NCBI RefSeq assembly: GCF_009914755.1
Contig: NC_060933.1
From: the human T2T-CHM13v2.0 reference genome, Homo sapiens
Reading direction: 5' to 3' (one strand)
DNA length: 64,000 bases
Of this stretch, positions 14,961 to 27,843 are shown piece after piece. A model generated the notes under the pieces. The model worked only from the letters and a program-made list of their open reading frames with translations, was not told the origin of the DNA and searched no databases. How positions within the stretch are numbered: position 1 is the first letter of the stretch; each line of letters opens with the position of its first letter. A program made the position numbers and the translations under genes.

Positions 14961-17114
14961 ATAGCTTCCTTTCTTTTCCTCATTTTAATCAATTACCCAG
15001 TTGGTGGATGTGATAACAAATGAACTTCCTGAAGATCAGAGCTGTGTGTTAGTGTAGGGCTCAGATCCTCTTTATGTATTCAGTGAACACTATGTTCTGT
15101 CTAACAGGCACCTGCTCTAGGTTATTAGGGCCATTAAAGGCATGTTATATTCTCAAAGAGTATACAATTTAGTAAGAGACACAGAAAAAACTGATGTTCG
15201 ATTGTTAGGTTGGTTTAAGTTGTTGATACATACTTGGAATGACTAAGATCATTGTTTAACATTGGTGAGTGCACACTGCAATGGGAACTTTGTAATGCTG
15301 GAGAAACCCTCAACTGTTAAACATATACTTAAAAAAATCAGGGTGTAAGGATCCCTGGCTGAATAGTGTTGAATTTTTTTCATTTTCCTTTTTTTGACGA
15401 AGAAGTTTAACACAAAATTATTAAGCAAAGCCATTCAAGAAGTACAGCAAGTTTTCTAAAGTTTTTTTTTTAATAAAAGCGAATATCTTCTCCTATAAAC
15501 TAGCTTGCTGACCCAGAAATTGAACTGTGATTAAAAAATAGGGCAGTGCCCCCTCAAAATGAGAGTTGTCTTATGTTATGGGACGCTTTTTTGGTGAATA
15601 CTTTATATTTAGTAATCTCGTTTTTAAGGTTGTAGGCTCTGTATGGTAAAATTAATACAGTGAAAAATTACAGTCTGAATATAGAGAAGATGTGAGTGCC
15701 AAAGTGTTAAATAAAACCCTTATTTCTTCTTAGTGAAGGTTCTTTCAATTGACAATTAACTGGATTTTTCTATATTTCTCTGAGAGTTATTCATTGTGAC
15801 AGATTTTGTTTCATGACAGATGTAAAGAACTTCTTTAATTTTTGATGTTCATAGAGTAGACGTCATACAATAATAACCTTGCAAATAGGAAGTATCGATC
15901 ATTGGTTTTTTTTATTTCATAAAGCCTAACAATTATTTTACTATAGGGAAATATACAGGTTGAATAACTTTATAGTTTTCATGATCATGAAGTAACTTCC
16001 AAGTTATTTCATAGGGTAAACGTGGGTACGTGATAGACATATAGGACATTTTGGTTTCTTTTTTTTTCATTTTTGCTTTTGGTTGAAATTGTTCGTGGAA
16101 GCTAAAATGCATTCTAAGGTGAAATAAATTTTCACTTATCCTTGCGGCATTACAATTTAATAGAAAGAGAAGCTCATTTAGAACTTTATTGGCTTCAGTT
16201 CCTTCTGGCTACAGCATAATCAGAGACCTTGACTTTCCATGTCATCGCATTGGTGTGTTTGAGATGTGTGTGACCTGTATATGGGATGTATCTGAGACTC
16301 TGTGACTGGTAACTGAGGCTCCCTGTTACTGAGTTCATGATCTTACATTACTGTTTTCATGAGAAGCCAGTGGATCCCTGAGACATGGACTAAAGCTTTT
16401 AATGCCTCTCAGAATATGTCTGGTTAACTTTGGTCACTGCAGTCTTCTTACTCTGGGGGCCTTGCCCTTGCTACACCCCGTCAGGAGGAGATTAGAGGTG
16501 ATCATTGCCTTGGGCTCTGTCTTCAGTGCCAACAGAAGGAGACATCAGGACTTGCTGGCCCCAGGTCTGCCCAACTCCTCTTGTCTTTGGTGCCCATTAT
16601 GGGAATCGTAATGACAACTTGCCTATCTCAACACTCTTTCCCACCATAAAGTAATAGAATGCTTTATGGTTCTGTAAGCTCTTTTTGTGTGCATCATCTT
16701 CTTTCACCCTGAAAATGACTTTGTGAAGTCAGTAGCTAATAATATTGGGACTAGTTGTGCATATGGGGAAATTCTCAGAGAGAGGAGGTGCCTGGGGGAA
16801 GGTTGCCTAGCAGCAGAGCTGGCATAGAAGGCAAGCCCGTGACCTGTCTGTATGGGGGAAAGTCCGGCTCTTCAAGGGTGGCATTGCCTGTCTGTCCTCT
16901 CTCTCTAGTTCTGTGCACAGAAGGAACAGGAACAGGAACAGAAGGCACAGAGGAACAGGGAGGAAAAGCCCTTCCAGGAGTGTGCCTGAGTGTGGCTTGT
17001 GGTGAATTTGTGGTAGTAGCTCTGGTCAGATTTTACAACTTAGAATATGTTTTGAATCCATATATGTGGTACACTCTTTTTGTGTGGGACTGACACAACC
17101 CTCTTAACCTTACC

Positions 17115-17240
17115 ACATCTGGAAACTTGCTTGAACTGCTGAATCTCAGACCCTATCTCAGACCTAAGAGTCATAATTGCTCTTAATCAAGGTTGTCAGG
17201 TGATTCTTATGTACATTAAGTTTGCAAAATGCAGCTCTAT
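17115..17240. mobile_element. MER5A-like hAT fragment
   Basis: 'gaatctcagaccctatctcagacct...caggtgattcttatgtacattaagtttg'. Confidence 0.6.
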
Positions 17241-17374
17241 TGAAATACAGAGGACCAGAAATTGTATAATTGAGAATAAGGTGAGGAGAGGAAGGGGTGC
17301 ATGTGTGTATGTGTGAGAGACTGGGAGGATGCATTTCACTTGTGTATGTAATTGTGGGAGTGTGTTCTCATTTT

Positions 17375-17760
17375 ACTTGAAAAAGCAGCTCACTGAGCTA
17401 TAATTCACATACCATGCAGTTCACCTATTGAAAGTGTACTGTTTAAACCACTTATTGGTTTTAAGTGTGTTCACAGCCTTGTGCACCCATAACCGCAATC
17501 AATTTTGGAACGTTTTTACACCTGGAAAGAAACCCCATACCTATAAGCAGTCACTCACCATTTTTCCACAGTGCCTACCTTGCTTCCGAGAAGCCCCTGA
17601 TTATCACTAATGTACTTCTGCCTCTGTCTTTTGGATTTGTCTATTCTGGTCATTTCTTGTATGACTGAAATAATACAATATATGGTCTTTAGTGTCTGAA
17701 TTTTTTTCACAGTTTATCCATCTTGTAGCGTGTATCAATGCTTCATTCCTTTTTTACTGC
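17375..17760 (-). mobile_element. L1MB-type 3' end
   Basis: 'tgagctataattcacataccatgcagttcacctattgaaagtgtac...aaagaaaccccatacc...ggatttgtctattctgg'. Confidence 0.85.
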
Positions 17761-19027
17761 TGTCATTTTGTTGTCAAGTTTATTTTGAGCAAGAATACAG
17801 AGATTCACCTTTATCCTAAGCTTTGATGACCTTAGGCTGTCTAAATACGGTCTTTTATTGTACAATAACATTCAATAAGAGTAATTTCTTAGTGTGACCA
17901 TTGCTTTTCTGATGCCACGTACTCTAGAATCTGAAAAGTGACAGTGAGATAGTAGAAGTATTGTTAAATGCATTCAATTAAAGAAGCAAAACATTAGTAT
18001 TTTCCATTTGTAAAGTTTTGGTTGTTAATTTTCAACCACTTTCTCTGTAAAAAGCAGTGGTATGCCATCCATGCTCTGCTGAAAACTATGCGTGCCTTTA
18101 TAAAATATGGAGCTGATGTTGCTGAAAATTAAAATGACAAAATATTGTGTTTAGATAAATAACAACAATGGCAGTATTTTTGGCAAGAAATCACATATTG
18201 TCCCTCCCCCAAGCAGTCTGTTCCCTGCAATTCTGAATGTTTGGTAATTCTAAGCACCCTAGAGGAAGGTAACATTCTTCCCTTGGTGTCAGTGCTAAGC
18301 TCTGAGATTGTTATTTGTCAAATAAAGCACAAATGTGTTTTCCTCTAGTTACGTGAAGACCTTGTGTGGAATGCCTTACTGTTTGGAGAAAATCTTGGTT
18401 TGGCTCTTGGGCTCTCTGGTGATCATTTTATAATGCTCATCATGGGAGGTGACGGGAAGAATGGCCAGCAAGATGCTCTAGCCTGCAGAAAAGTCACTTT
18501 AGCATTTCCCTGCTTTGACTATGGCACACGGACATTTGGAAATTCTTATTCTGGTTTTGGCAACACAAAAAGCTTTCCTTTTTCCCCTTCCCTCCTGGCT
18601 GACTAAGCTCATCTTAATGCCACTAAATTACCAATGCCTTATTTGGCAAGCTGCCTGGTAAATCAAATGAATGACGACAATACTGGAGATCTTGTGTGGT
18701 CACTTTCTAAAGGGTTTTGTGCCTCCTTTATACTCTTGTCTCCTTCTCCTTCTTTGGCGGGTCCACTCAGTTATTTGGCTCTGTTTGGGAAGGCTCTGGG
18801 AAAAATGCCATTTATCTATCTTTTCAACTTGAGGGGACATGCTTTCTTCACAGATTTCTTTGGGATGGAAAGTTCTTTCTTTAACCTGATTACTGTTTCT
18901 AGGTGCTGTAAATTGCTGATCATTCTCAGTAAATCACCAGCATTCTGTTCTTTCTCAGTCTTGACAAAGTTGCCATTGTGCATATGTGTATTTGTGTGTG
19001 TGTGACAGGGAACATGCATGGTTTCTG

Positions 19028-19061
<34 letters not shown>
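19028..19061 (+). repeat. Pure A34 tract with no attached Alu/L1 body
   Basis: Counted directly. Confidence 0.95.
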
Positions 19062-19064
<3 letters not shown>

Positions 19065-19299
19065 TTGCCCCTTTTAGATTTGGAAATTAGCATAGCTAGG
19101 CTAGCCAGATCCCTCTTTTGGAGGAAATGGGAAAGATTGGATTGAGCCCTTGTGTCAAGGAAATTGACTTGGCTGGATTTCAGGGATCCCTGTGGACTGG
19201 CCCACTAAAGATCTGTGTCAGTATCTTTAGTGGCACTGGAATTGGGACAGCGTAGCTATTTTCTGTCATAGGGCAAACTCAGGGGGAAAAGGGCAGGCA

Positions 19300-19495
19300 C
19301 CCAACATTCTATGAGAACTTCCATGTGTCAGAGAGTGTTATGTAAATGCTATGTATATTCTTGTGTAGTATGACAACCTTGTGAGCTGTATATTACTACT
19401 GTTGTTATTATTACCATCACTGCTTCACGAATGGAGAAACTGAGGCCCAGGGAGATCGTATTTCCTAAAGTTCTACAGCTGAGAGGTGGGTTGCG
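19300..19495 (-). mobile_element. MIR
   Basis: 'tgacaaccttgtgag...atggagaaactgaggcccagggag'. Confidence 0.7.
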
Positions 19496-20112
19496 GAGGC
19501 TGCTGTCCTTTTCTACCAAGTGAAGTTTGTCTTTGCTCTTTCTCTGCCATATTCTTTAAAGGGGCAGATGTTACAAGGTTGATGCGGCTGATGGAAACAC
19601 TAGCATAGGACAAAAATACAAAATCCCTTCACAGACTCAAGTTTCCCCACACCCAAAAGGCTCCGCGACAGCATTTCCAGGTATAGGGGCAAGCTTCTGT
19701 AGCCTCCAGCAACCACAGAGGTGCCCAGATGCCAATGACACCCTGACTAGAGTGAGCATGTCCTCTCTGCTCTCAGAGTCCTCTGTCATTGGACCCCTCC
19801 CAACTGCTGTGGACACTTGGGCTGTGTGCTGCCTACTCCCAGGTGTTAAGTTACTGGTAGGACCCACGGCTGTGTGTTTATTGCACAATTTGGTGAATCA
19901 AAGGCTGACTTCCTGGTGAGCACCCCCTAGCAGGGTGAGATATGGACCTTTCTGGAGTCTGTTTTACAAGAAGTGTTTACTGGGATATTTTAGGAATTCT
20001 CAGATAAATCCATATGATAGCCTACCTGTATTTCCTATGAATAAATTGGGTATTTAAGATGTATATTCTTTTCATTTGTCATTTTTCCTTGAGTTTAAAA
20101 TTTCCCTTCATT

Positions 20113-20431
<319 letters not shown>

Positions 20432-21574
20432 TTAATATGTGTTTATTGTTAAAAACTTAGGACGAAAGTTAAAAAAAAAAACCCACACTACTTAATTACA
20501 GAGATCTTCATTAACATAATTCTGTATTTATTTTCTATAGGAAAATTTTTAATGCTAACTTTCTAGAACTCAGTCAAAAACTACTGTAATCATTTTAATC
20601 AGCTGATTAATTTGCTCTAGCAGCTTAAAATGTTTTTGCTCCATTTTACTTTTTCTACTGCATGATAGAAAAATTGTTGTTCTGTGAATGAGAAAGTTAA
20701 AATTTGTGCTCAATGGCAGGACCCCAGAGAGATGTTTCTGGGAATTGAGATTCAGAGGCAGCCTGCATTCAGCTTTCTTCAGGTTACCTTTATTAATGAT
20801 GCCCTTGATCAGTAAGGTGGATTACTTACCCATTAACACTTATTCTACATCAGCCTTAATGTTTTAGGGAAAATATATTTACTAAGCTGTTTGTGTACAG
20901 GAGTATCACACAGTAGATGAAGCACTTATGTTTCTGGAAAAAAAGAGATAAATTAGGAAGCTTTCAGATTTGTTTATAAAAGAAATATGAGGCTAGGAAA
21001 GAAGCATGATGACTTTTGTGATACACACAGTGAGTCAGCAACCCATTTTCCAGAAGTTAGCAGCTGCATTTTTTTCCATTGAGGGCAAAACATAATATAT
21101 GGGTATAACTTTAGTGCTAGCTAATTACTTCTATTGGTGCTTAAAAAAATTAAAATCAACAAGGAGAAATCTACCCAAACTGATCCAATATACACTGAGC
21201 TAATGAAGGAAGGTGGTGTACTTTTTGTGGGGTAGTATTTTTATTTTGATTATGTTGAAGTGGTAGAGAAAGAAGGGGAGAGATCTGGGGGTCTGAGAGT
21301 CAGAGGAGGCTACAAATGATATAGCAAAGCAAATAACTAGATTATGAATCTTTTGAAATCATGCAGGGGAACAAAATATTGTTACTGCCTTATCAAAAAG
21401 TATTTTCTCCTGTATAATTTAAAAAATCAAGAAGGTGTCAACCTTAAAAATCGTATCATTGAATATAGTAAGTCCCTTTTTTTTTGTTAATATAGCCTGT
21501 TGGTTTAGTAGATTTTTGCATCTTATTGTCTGATTTTTATACCATACAGACTAATAAAAATTAGTTTATGCACT

Positions 21575-22020
21575 TATTTGTTACTTTTATTTCTGAATAG
21601 ATAATACAGTCAGCGTAGTATAAAAGGTTAGACAGTGATGTCTGAATTCTACTCCTTCCCCTAGCTAGTTTCCTTCCCAGAGGCAACCATTGTTACTGTT
21701 ACCATGTTTTCCTAAAGACAGTTCCTGCAAATGTTGGCAAATCTGTGTGTGTTCTCTTTCCTTGTCTCTGTGCCTTCCTTTCTTTTAGGAATGCTAGCAT
21801 ACATACTATAATATTCTGGGTCTGTCTGGTTGTTTTTACTTCATGTGCTCTGTAGATTATTTCAGTACACCAAGAGCTTCCCCATTGTTTCATAGTTGGG
21901 TAGTATTCTGTTGTATTATTATGCCATGATGTATTTAAGGAATATGCTATTGGTGGACATTTAAAATGTTTCCAGTTTGCTCCTTTGAACAATGCTGCAG
22001 TATATAAAGTTGTACATATA
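21575..22020 (-). mobile_element. Old L1ME-like 3' fragment
   Basis: 'cccagaggcaaccattgttac...tagtattctgttgta...ttggtggacatttaaaatgtttccagttt...aacaatgctgcag'. Confidence 0.65.
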
Positions 22021-22845
22021 TGTAGGTTTGTTAAGAAATAAGTGGAAACCCATAGCTGAAAGATGGTTTTAGGATTGTCCCTGGGAATTAGATCTCTATC
22101 ATTGTTTCCCAGTGCTCCTTGGAACCCTCCTCAGGGAAATAGGCATCATTGGAGTAGAAGGCAAATGGGATTTCATGGCCAAATAAATTTGGAAAATGCA
22201 GTGTCCTTGATTATTCCTTGGAGCTTCCTAAAATAACTAGCATGTTAAAGGCTTAACGTGCTCATGTGGTTTTAAGAACAACAAAAAAACTGCCAAAGAT
22301 AAATTTTCAGGCTCACTTGAGTATCACATATTTGAAGATGCCTGTTAACATCTTTCGAGACAGTTTCTGGGAAAAAATAGTTTGGGAAATGTTGACCTAT
22401 GTGATTACTACCTGTCTCACCAATTCCATAGATACTGGAAACTAGCTAACTGAGTTTTCAGCTGACAAATTGCTTGCTTTTGGAGTCAAGTGTCTTGACA
22501 TATGTAGCTTGTTCACCTCTCTGGTCCTATTGCTTAAAGTGAGAAATAGCGTATTTGGAAGGTTGTATGTCAGGACCATCTTCTGTTTGTGAGCGCGAGA
22601 GAAGGTAGGATCAGATATCTTGGGTGGAGCCCAGTCTCCAGCTCAAGACTTGAGTTGTAAAAATCGTGTTGTATTGTGGGACAAAAATCAAGCAGTTCAT
22701 TTTGGCTAGGGTTTAGGGGATAGAAATGGGTGGAGGAGAGTCATAAGGCTTTCTAAAATAAGCTGCACTACAGCAGAAGTTGCAGTTGGGAGTTCTGTTG
22801 TAGAAAATGGAGAGGAAAGCAATAGATTTTTTTCCCTCCAGTTTG

Positions 22846-23068
22846 CATTGGTTCTCAACCGGGGATGATTTTGCTTTCCTGCTAAAGGGGATGTTTGGCA
22901 ATGTCTGGAGACATTTTTGGTTACCACGACTGGAAAGGTGCTACCAGCATCTGGTAAGTAGAGCTCAAGGATGCTGCTAAACATCCTGCAATGCACAGGA
23001 CAAAAAAATACCTCAGTAAAGAATTATCTAGTCCAAAATGTCAGTAGTACCTCCATTGATATACCCTT
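22846..23068 (+). mobile_element. MER20 (hAT-Charlie)
   Basis: 'ggttctcaaccgggg...tttggcaatgtctggagacatttttgg...gatgctgctaaacatcct...aatgcacaggaca...aagaattatc...ccaaaatgtca'. Confidence 0.9.
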
Positions 23069-23532
23069 CTCTAATGGGATTCTACCAGGGTTGGAGAGTT
23101 AGGAAATTGTTACTTTCTTCATACATGGAGAGGAGCATAAGTGAGCCATGTGCCATTCTGGACTGAGGTGCCACCATGGTGCCAGCATTTGATAATAGTA
23201 AACTCATGACCCCTTATTCATAGTTTGGAAATTTAAAAAACGCTGGAAAATGTGACGTTTCTTCATAATTCAGTTAGCAGTAAAACCTTGCCTGTGTTGA
23301 TGTAAAGGTATTTATAGTCTTTATTTACCTGGTTTTGTGTGAATGTTAATGCGCTTGACTGTAGGGTGCTGGCCTAGACCTGGCTTGGGGCTTTATTTAG
23401 TAAATATGCTGTATCACTCTTCTAAAGTTTGTAACATTCTATACTTGGAAACACTTTGGTCCCCAAAGGTTTCAGAGAAGAGATTGTGAACTTATATATT
23501 GAACTAAATTTTTGCCAAATTTGGCTTATTTT

Positions 23533-23647
23533 GTGTGTGTGTGTGTGTGTGTGTGGTTTAAGGAGTTGAAAGTTTAATAGAAGAAAGGAGAGAGGAGAGC
23601 ATCTCCTTGCAAGAGAGAGAGAGAAAGAGAGAAACGTCTGAAAAAGT
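23533..23647 (-). mobile_element. Short L1-mediated retrocopy, probably an ERV LTR transcript 3' end, with (CA)n tail
   Basis: Flanked by an 18-bp direct repeat ccaaa(t/g)ttggcttatttt; minus strand shows ATTAAA then (CA)n+A4; TT/AAAAA cut site. Confidence 0.65.
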
Positions 23648-23764
23648 CCAAAGTTGGCTTATTTTTAAAAATTCAGCGCTTTTAGTAACGTTTATTGATT
23701 TTTTTAAATTCCAAAAATGACATAAGATCATTTTGAAAAGTTTAAGTACAAAAAAGTAGTAATA

Positions 23765-23950
23765 TTATCAACCAACTGTATGGTACTTAACTGTGCGCTA
23801 GATACAATTCTCAGCACTTTATGTGCAGTAACTAATTTAATCTTACGAATCCCATTATACCTACTTTACAAGTGCAGAAGCCGTGGCATAGTAACTTGCT
23901 CAAGATCCCCTAGTTGATGGCAGAGCTGGGCTTTGAACTCTGGCACAGAG
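23765..23950 (-). mobile_element. MIR
   Basis: 'gtacttaactgtgcgctag...taacttgctcaagatc...ggcagagctgggctttgaactc'. Confidence 0.75.
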
Positions 23951-24120
23951 AAGGAAGTGATTCATCATCTCCACAGCTGGAGTGGGCTGCTGTGTGTACA
24001 TGGATGTATTTCCTTATAGCCTTCTTTCAGCCTTCCCTACTCAACTATATTTGAGAATTTCCCCTGTTGTCTTAAATATTTTCAAAAAACCTGATTGTTG
24101 AATGGCTGACTACCTATTTA

Positions 24121-24437
<317 letters not shown>

Positions 24438-24989
24438 AGTGAGTGAACCATAAATTATTTAAACATTCTTTTGTTGTTGGGCATTTAGGCTCTGTCCATT
24501 TTTTCACAATAGAAAATTGACATGGACACATTTATGTATAAATACTTATCCATATCTGATTATTTCTTTAGAGAATGTTTTAATGGGGCTTTTTAATAGA
24601 CTCTTCATATATACTGTGAAATGTACCAGTTTATTCTCTCATTAGAATTCATTGTCATCAGCCTGGAGTGTTAAATGCTTTTCCCTTTGATTTCTGATTC
24701 TGTGATGTAGTATCTTGAAGTTTTCTGAGAAAATCAGACAGATGATTGGAAATTTAGTATGATTTTTTTTAAATTGGTCAGGAAACAAGTAGTTGGAATA
24801 ACTGATTTTATAAAATTTTATATTTCAAAAAATTCAATTTTAGAGCCATTTTATTTTCAGATTAACCCATGAAGTTAAATCAAGGCTCCATTTCACATTG
24901 TTATGAAGAGCTGGTAGAAATAAGGATAGTGCAGCATTAAGAGATACTCTGACCTGAATCTTACTGGTATGTGATCAGTATATGCCTAA

Positions 24990-25600
24990 AACAACCATTC
25001 AGTAAACATTTATGGAGGATCTGCTACGCACCATACACTGCATTTTGCACTGGGTATCCAGTGAGGAACAAGTGTATAAAAGGAAAAATAGCAAATACTT
25101 ACACAGTGCTTTTTAGGTGTCAGACACTGTTTTAACAGCTTACGCATGTTACTTAATTTATTACTCCCAACAACCCTATGAGGTAGATACTATTATTGTA
25201 TCCATTTAACTGATGAGACTGAAGCACAGAGAAGATGAGTAATGGGCTCGCAGACATGCAACTACTAACCAAGGCAAACCACTGACTGTGCTAGTTTGGA
25301 AGGGCAGACAGAAGAGGGTTGGTGCAGTACTCTGGGCATGAGAAACTGGTGGCTTTTGCCACCAGCAAATTGGTCAAGCAGTCCAGCAATGGGATTGGAG
25401 AGAAATGGAGGCATCAGAAAGATTTTTCAAGATAGAATTTATCAGACATGGTGATTGAATGTGGAGGGAGAGGGAGAAGTCAAGGGTAAAGCCTAGGTAT
25501 CTTGGTATGAGTGACCTGCTAGATGATGGAGCCCTTCAGTGAGTCCAGGAACAGTAGGAAAGAATGAGGAGCATGTTTTAGATTGGTGATGTCAGAGGGG
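24990..25600 (-). mobile_element. L2 fragments with an inserted MIR (~25085-25270)
   Basis: 'cattcagtaaacatttat...ctgggtatccagtga'; MIR 'caacaaccctatgaggtagatactattat...gactgaagcacagaga'; L2 'tgaatgtggagggagagggagaagtcaagg'. Confidence 0.6.
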
Positions 25601-27669
25601 TCTGAAAGGGGGAGGTAAGCAGAGGGGCATTATCTTCAAAATATTTGGAGTCAGTAGCTTTGAAGCTCACCAAATATACCCTGGTAGTTTAGTTATCAGA
25701 AAATGAGTTTTTAAAAAATACTTATAATGTGTAGTTCATGAGAAAGTTTTCCAGCGTTTAAAGATGTTGACAGAGTTTCAGTTGATTGCTGTGGTTTTCG
25801 TGTATGAAAAACATGTAAAATTTGTGTCATATTAATGCCCTTTTGAAGACTAATTTCAATGCCTGTAGACAGCTTTCTAATGTAGTTGTATCATGATTTG
25901 GGTTATCAATAATCTGTGAATGTATAGATTGTTGCCATTTTCCTTCATTGTAGATAATTTTACAATGAATGTCTTTATGCATAAAACAGTTTTGATATGC
26001 AGGATTATTTCTTTGGAGGTATAGCTGAACTACAATTTCCGAATCATACATATCACAAAATTAACTTCTAGAAAGACTGTGCTAATTTATGTCCGCAACT
26101 ACGTGCAAGACCTGCCTCTTAATCAGCCATTGGGTTGAATTGTCCTGATGATTTTTGTGGCACCTTCATTCAATTCCTGCTTTTTGTAACATATCCCATG
26201 ATCACAATCATATGATGACTTTGTATCCTGTGTCTTTATTTTATTGGAATCAATGCCTGATTCATACAGAATATTGCCAAGAAGTTTTACAGATATAATC
26301 AGATAAGAGAGGAGAGATCAAGATCATGTTCTTTAACTCTGTTTAAAGTATTGATGTCAGGATGATACTTCAAGTTTGAGGTGAAGTTTTTGTGCCAAAG
26401 CCTGGCTCATGGCTGTGAGGGCACCTAGGACTCACTAAAAGATGCGTGTTCTTCAGTGTGCACATTACCTGCCTTCATGTGGTAAGTGGTGGAGAGTTAA
26501 AGCCATTACATGGATCACTCAGGACAAAAACAAATTTTACTGTAAAATTTCTGGTGATTTGGGAGCAAAACTAGGATAACTCTTTTGCACTTGCAGTATG
26601 CCATAAGTGCCGCAGTTTTTGACTTTTTCTACTTTGCCCAATAAAAATGTTGCTCTACAACCCTTAATTTTTATAACTGTTCTGGCCTCAGTTTTCCACA
26701 GTGAATGTTCCTAGTTTGTGTAATGTTCTTTAGGTTGCTAATTTCTGCCTCCAGAGCCAGGAGATCTGTCTTCTTTTGATTATTCCCAAAGGTAAATTTT
26801 GGGAAAACTAGAATCAGGCTATTTCCCTATTTTTCATTTGGAAATTTCTGCATTCATAAACAGTTGCTTGTAACCTTTTAATGAATATGCATTAGGAGTT
26901 GTTTTGAAAATTTATTATTTAGGGATTATTTATTAGCCTGGTTACTTGCCAGGGTGGTACATTAAAAAAAAGTTTGTCCACCCATCTGCTTCATCCCGTA
27001 ATCCCCCCAAACAGTCATCAACTAGGAGAATCGTAATATGCAAATAAGCCATCTGCAGTGTCTAAATGGGAGGATAGCTTCCAATTTTTAGTCAGAAACC
27101 TGCCAGGGGCAGGGGAATAATTTCAGTAGCATTCTTCCAAGGGGGAGGATCTCTTAAGAGGCAGCATGATTAAAAATGCTTCCATAGTAAATAAGGACAC
27201 TAGAATTGGGTGTCCAGGCCACTTGTGAGCAAAGAACCTCCTATTTCCAGATTCGGCGCCACCTGTGGGATACTCATGTTTCATCATAGGTGTCCACAAC
27301 TTTATTCTTTTAATACCTCTACAAAGACCAAAAAAAAAGTGATACCAATTAAAAAATGTGGAAGAATATTAATTGGGATTGAACAGTACCTGTGGTTTTC
27401 TCATGTGACCCTGGGTTTGTCTTATTCTCTGAGAAAGTGGGCTGGTAGGTAGGTGCTCTTGATGTCCTTAATTTCAAAATGAGGAAGTCAGAGCAGGCAC
27501 GGTAAGTAAAGAATAATGGATCCTGAGCCTCACCTTTTGGTCACTCCGTTGGCAGGGTATGTGCTTGGGGCATGAAAACCAAGACTCAAAGACTGCCAAT
27601 CCTCTGCCGCAGTTTTTGAGAGTAAGAACTATGCTTGCTGTAATATGGCAGAATGAAATTATACCTGCT

Positions 27670-27843
27670 CCTTCCTTGCTTCTTCCTTCCCTTCCTCCCT
27701 CCCTTTTCCTTTCGTTTCCTTTCGTTTCCTTTCCTTTCCTTTCCTTTCCTTTCCTTTCCTTTCCTTTCCTTTCCTTTCCTTTCCTTTCCTTCCCCTTCCC
27801 CTTCCCCTTCCCCTTCCCCTTCCCCTTCCCCTTCCCCTTTCCT
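27670..27843. repeat. Compound pyrimidine microsatellite: (TTTCC/TTTCG)17 followed by (TTCCCC)8
   Basis: Pentamer units 27705-27789 and hexamer units 27790-27837, counted directly. Confidence 0.95.

Noticed and set aside
16918-16960. (GGAACA)n-like short repeat
   Set aside because: Ordinary slippage repeat of about three units
27705-27837. EWS-FLI1-type GGAA microsatellite
   Set aside because: Units are GGAAA and GGGGAA, not consecutive GGAA
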